A DNA stretch of 64,000 bases from the human T2T-CHM13v2.0 reference genome, Homo sapiens, in assembly GCF_009914755.1 (NCBI RefSeq), contig NC_060936.1, one strand, 5' to 3'. The notes beneath the pieces were generated by a model. It searched no databases. It had not been told where the DNA came from and saw only the letters and a list, made by a program, of their open reading frames with translations. The stretch's first letter is position 1. Every line of letters begins with the position of its first letter. A program made the translations under genes and the position numbers. This document shows, in pieces, positions 58,997-64,000 of the stretch.

Positions 58997-61900
58997 TGAA
59001 TTTCTTCTCTCCTTCCATCCCCCACTCCATCCTGCCTTTTTCTTTTTCTGTGGCCCAGCCTGATATTATGTCAAATGCCTCTTTCTCATACAACTGCTTA
59101 TCTTTTCCCCTACTTAAAAAAAAAAAAAAAAAAGGCTGAGCAGAATAGCTATGATCAAGGAGTGTTTGTGTCAGGGGAGGAAGGGGATGGGCCATGTGTT
59201 AAGGGGGTGGGGGTTTGCTGTCTGGAATTGAGGTCAGCCAGGAAATAGGAAGCAGTTTTTATACTTCCTTCATTTGCAGGATAGTTGAGGATTCTGCCTG
59301 AAAGCTGGGCTCTTTGTTTAAAATATAGGCCACAAGGAGAACTGTCTGTGGTTGTGCCACTGAATGGCTAATTGTTCTTAATTGTATTCTGTGTTCAGCA
59401 GACCTCTAACTATCAGCTTAAAAACAGTATTTAGGGAAATTGTTTGTGCCTCCGTTTGTTTCTTACATTCCAGGGTTATCATCGTTGGAGGCAACATGCC
59501 TCAGAGTGTGACCAGAAAGGCTCACAAGGGCACCTGCCTCAGGCAGCATGTGGCATCTCCTATGAATTATGCATCATCGGCATATGGACAGTGGAGGCCG
59601 CCTAAAAACAACTAGCCGCTTATCATTGCCACAGTTGTACATTACCTTCCCGCGGCCTGATAAAGGCAGTTTTACTCTAGATGAGAGCTGGGATTGTTTC
59701 TTCTGGGTGTTCTCTAGAGACCGAGTGTCAGAAACTTAATGGCTTCTGAATGGAAGTGATGTTTGGCATCGTTTAGTGTTGCTGGTCTATGAAAAATACA
59801 TTCATTGTGGTAAATAAGATATTTAAGGTAACATTAATCCCTGATAAATATATATTAAATTAGTCTTTAATATATATTTAATATATATTAATTAGCTTTC
59901 TTTACCCCAAAAACCTTTCTCTCCTACTGTTTGCGCTTTTGCAGTTTGGTACAACTGCCAAGATTAACTGTAATCCCTTGTCCTTCTGTTTGAATAAAAA
60001 AAGGAATGGCTGTTAGGTCTTGTCATCATGCCAAAAAATGAACTAATTATCTTCTTCTAACTGGAGACCTGGATGATAGGATGGGTTTTTTTATGGTTAA
60101 AAAATACCAATCAGGTCCATTGAATTTGACATCAGCTCAACTAGTAATGTATCTCGAGAATGTCTGTGATCCGTTTGATCTGCAGTTAATACAATATGCT
60201 GCATACATAAGAGGTGAAGCTCATGGTTTTCTCTAAAATTGTAACTGGGATTTTATTTTAGAAGTTCACTTGGGTTTCACCAAAGCTGTCTCTTAACAGT
60301 AAAATGTGTGAACATTTTTTGAAAAATCCTCAATGTAGCCAAGTGTTTTGAAAAAGGACTTACAGCTCCTCCTCCTAACATGCCAGTTAGAAAAAAAAAA
60401 AAAAAGGACTTGATCCTTTGAGTGGAAAGCCTTTTCTAACATATTTCTAGCATTTCCTTGACTGATATATTACATTTTGTGGGAAATAATTTAACCTTGT
60501 TCTCTGGTACAATGATGCCAACGAGCCTGGATTCTGTTGAATAGAATGACCCCACCTGGCTGTGATATTTTTAGTTTTTCTGTCTGCTTTTCTTAGGATA
60601 TGTATTATCACATTATCCCTCCTTGGGATCATGTGGTTTGGAAATCAGAAGTTCCAAACCTGGAAATCACAGGTTTGGAAATCAGATCCTGAGTGTATTA
60701 GAATTCTGTTTAAAACAAGAGGAAGTGTGTGCTAGTAATGATCTGAGGGGAACTCCTTTGAAGGAAGAACCTAACATTCTGTGCTTTTATGATCCCTCTA
60801 TCAATTCTGTAAAACTCTCCCCCTCTCAACACCCTCTATTTGTACTAAAGAATGAGGATATAAAGGTAGTCTTGTTGAAAAATTTCTCTATGGGCATCAT
60901 TGTAATTCTAGCAGTCCTCAACATGGTCATTTATACTCTAAGAAAAATACTTTATTGTAGTTCTTTAATTAAACAGAAAGTACCTACTTGAGAATAACTA
61001 TACACAGTAATACTTATAGCTAGATTTTCTATGTAATTAAATTAGCCATATACATTTAATGACATATACAATATGTCTAAGTGAATGATATAATTGTGAA
61101 TTAAAATATGTTTATTACCCTTTATTGCAACCCATCTTAAATTATTTGGAAGATTTGGTACACTTTGTTAGGTAGGATGACATTCTTTTTTCTTGTTCAT
61201 TGCTTCAGATTTCTGCTGATATGCTGTTGTTCTCTTTCAGTCCCAGCTGGGCCCAGGGATTCTGTGGGGTGCCTCCACCGGTCTAGATCTTCAGAAGAGT
61301 TTTTTCCACTTTATGATCAGTGTTGTAGTTGTTCAGCAAACATAATGAACCATTATTACCATCACAGACACTTGCCACTTAGTGAGTCCACTTTGCTTCT
61401 GCTGCTTTTTTCTTTCTTCTCTGAGCCTGGCCTCTTTCCTGTCCTCTATCCTACTCCTGCCTTCCATCCGTTTCTTCTCCCAGTGCCGTCTCCCAGCGCA
61501 GACGCTTTCTTTTGTTTAGCAATAACAATAACAATTTGTTATCGTTCTTAGCACAATGCTTAACATTAAAAGTGCTCACTAAATATATAGATAGGTTTTT
61601 TAAAAATAAATGAATACATCTAAAAATTACTTTAGCCAATTTTCAATAGAAGCATTAAAATGAGAAAAGGGGCTCTTCAGAGTAATAGGTACCAGGAAAT
61701 CTAAGCTAAGTCTGGTTACTACAAATTAATCCCAAGTTCGTATGTTTCTCGAAAGTTTCAGAAAGGGAAGCTCAGTGAGTTGTACGTCACTTATTATCTG
61801 GTGGAGGGAAGTATGCCACTGTACCAGGAGAAACAGTATTTTTTTTTCTTAGTACATATTTCTGTATTAATGGTCATTCAAGGAACAAAATATTGACAGT

Positions 61901-62069
61901 CTCTTCATAGTAATTTTATAATAAGCTGCAGACATTTTTTCTCAGTTAAAAAATATAATGAGCATCTAATATGTGCAAGGCCCTGTGCCAGGAGCTGATC
62001 ATACAATGGAGAATAGGAAATTTATGGTTTCTACCATCAAAGAGAAATCTTTTTATATCCCACAGAGTT

Positions 62070-62310
62070 AGTTAATAGTAACAATAACATTCATTGAGCT
62101 CTTAGCTATGCCAGGCCCCCATCCAAGTGTATATAGGCATTAGCATGTTAATTCCTATAAACCTTACTGGTACTGTTAATTATTCTACTTTTTACACTTA
62201 AAGAAATTGAGGCAAAGGGAAGTTAAATAATTTTTCCAAGGTTACATAGCTTGTAAGTGGTAAGAAATTTGAACCCAAGTAAGGCTGACTGGCTCTTGGG
62301 TACAGGCTTT
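62070..62310 (-). mobile_element. MIR
   Basis: 'aagaaattgaggcaaagggaagttaaataatttttccaaggttacatagct'. Confidence 0.8.
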
Positions 62311-62359
62311 TAACAACTATTCTATGTTTTTTTTCTAGGGGTATAAGAAAATGAAGAGG

Positions 62360-62570
62360 AGTAAGTTTTTGAGGGTTGGAGGTGGGCAAAGGTGATTGGT
62401 TTGCAATATGTTAAATTTGAGTTGCCTGAAGGCATCAAGAATGGAGATATGCAGTGGGCCATGGGGTATACAGATCTGCAGTTGGGCAGAGAGATCTGGG
62501 CCAACCAACATTTAGGTGATTTTTTTAGGCATCAGCAGTACATGGCTGGAATATGAAACCATAGGGAGAA
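62360..62570 (-). mobile_element. L2 fragment
   Basis: 'atgttaaatttgagttgcctgaaggcatcaagaatggagat...gagagatctgggc'. Confidence 0.7.
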
Positions 62571-62789
62571 AGCCTATGAAAGGTATGAGATGAATATATT
62601 TTTAAAATCTACCTTCAGAAAATCCAAGAATGTATATTAAATTATAATTCAGGAAAAATACCACTACAGAGAGTTCACATAATGTAGATAAAGATATGTA
62701 GCCCTTTGGCAGTTGGATGTATATGTACATGTTAGGTCCTGCGGTTGAGCTCAGCTGGTAAGGAGGAATGGGTAGCAAGCATTTGTCTC

Positions 62790-62960
62790 ATTTGGTAATG
62801 GCCAGCCATGTATTGGGGGCACATTGCCTCAGATTCTCATAACTCTTTTCGGGAAGGTGCTGTCATCCTCATTTTATAATTGAGGAAACTGAGGCCCAGA
62901 AGATTAAGTAATTTGTCATGTGTCAAGGTTGCACAATAGTAAGTGGCAAAGCTTGGGTTT
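62790..62960 (-). mobile_element. MIR (interrupted by MLT1A)
   Basis: 'catcctcattttataattgaggaaactgaggcccagaagattaagtaatttg'. Confidence 0.8.
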
Positions 62961-63274
62961 TGTCTTAGTCAGTTTGGGCTGCTATGACAAACTACCATAG
63001 ATTGAAGGGCTTGTAAACAACAGAAATTTATATCTCACCGTTCTGGAGGCTGGGAAGTCCAAGATCAAGGCAGATTCAATGTCTACTAAGGGCCCACTTT
63101 CTGGTCATCTTCTCAACCTTGCATGGCAGAAGGGGTGAGGGAGCTCCCTGGGGCACTAATGCCCTCATGACCCAATCACCTACCAAAGGCCCAACCTCCA
63201 AATATTATCACATTGGGCATTAAGATTTAACCTGTAGATTTGGAGGGGGACACACATTCATTCAGTCTCTATCA
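62961..63274 (-). mobile_element. MLT1A-type MaLR solo LTR
   Basis: 'tgtcttagtcagtttgggctgctatgacaaactacca...gttctggaggctgggaagtccaagatcaagg'; TSD ggttt/gcttt. Confidence 0.88.
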
Positions 63275-64000
63275 GCTTTAGAGCCAGGGCTTTTGACTGC
63301 CCTTTGTTTCTACCCCTCCTGCACAGTTGGGCCACCGGAACAGTAGTAGATGTGAAAGCTTCTGCTATGTAAACAGGTTTGCTCCACTCACAAACATGCC
63401 ACTGGACATACAGCTGAGGCCCAAGGTTGCCTTTGATAGTGCAGAGAAGAAATAACCCAGTCGGAAAAGTATTCCATCACTCCCATAAAAGCTCCCTAGA
63501 ACAGCTTTGGTAAGGGAAGGTTCACTTTGTAGCCAGACAGGAACCCAGGTGCATGCTGCACAGTGAGGCACAAAGTGCCCTGCTAGCTCCTTCACCCTTG
63601 GACTGCTGTCACCCCACCCGGGCAGCAAGCACCGCTTCCTAGGTAGGCTGCTCTGCCTCCCACCCTCTCTGACTGTGCAGTGACATGGATGGGAGCCACT
63701 GATCCACTTCTCATGAAATCCAATTATTCAGGCAGAAAAGATGACTTCCTGGCAGAGCCCACAGGAAGCGTCCCCCAAGCCCCAGGAAACAAAACAAATA
63801 CAGCTCTTCCTATCATTTTGACATCCTCTTTCTGCCCACCCCTCCCCAACAAGACAGACAGCAGAAATCTGGACTCAGCACTTTTACTTTTAACTCTTTC
63901 TTGCCATTAATGTTAATGAATGGTTCTTCTCAGGGCCAAAGGCTTCTGTCTTTCTCCCTTCCTCTTTTGTCTTTCTGTTTGGTTTTTTTTTTTAAATACT

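Noticed and set aside
59174-59213. G-quadruplex candidate
   Set aside because: Requires an 11-nt loop; a common motif class with no other support
61180-61330. Strong acceptor-like tract ending tctctttcag at 61240
   Set aside because: No convincing downstream donor or recognisable peptide

Overview
Primate (almost certainly human) genomic DNA, roughly half transposable elements: about 35 Alu pieces, L1/L2/MIR fragments, six LTR remnants and several DNA transposons (MADE1, MER3, MER45, MER1A). I find no intact protein-coding exon, tRNA, rRNA or CRISPR array. Most supplied ORFs are Alu/L1 read-throughs or chance ORFs. The one gene-derived feature is a heavily decayed, intronless minus-strand retrocopy of cTAGE5/MIA2 (about 5890-7620, with a probable 3' UTR reaching about 5080). 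Its large deletions appear to keep the reading frame, suggesting it may once have been a functional retrogene. Other points of interest: an L1 insertion with both a twin-priming inversion and an apparent 3' transduction; an Alu-L1 chimera inside one TSD pair; five short fold-back (templated inverted) scars, including a perfect 21-bp hairpin; an old 250-bp local duplication; and a dense haematopoietic-type motif cluster near 16.7-16.9 kb. The antisense bias of L1/LTR inserts suggests the window lies in an intron of a + strand gene, which I cannot name. I do not see a demonstrably new biological system. Repeat subfamily names and protein comparisons come from recalled consensus sequences, not from a database search.
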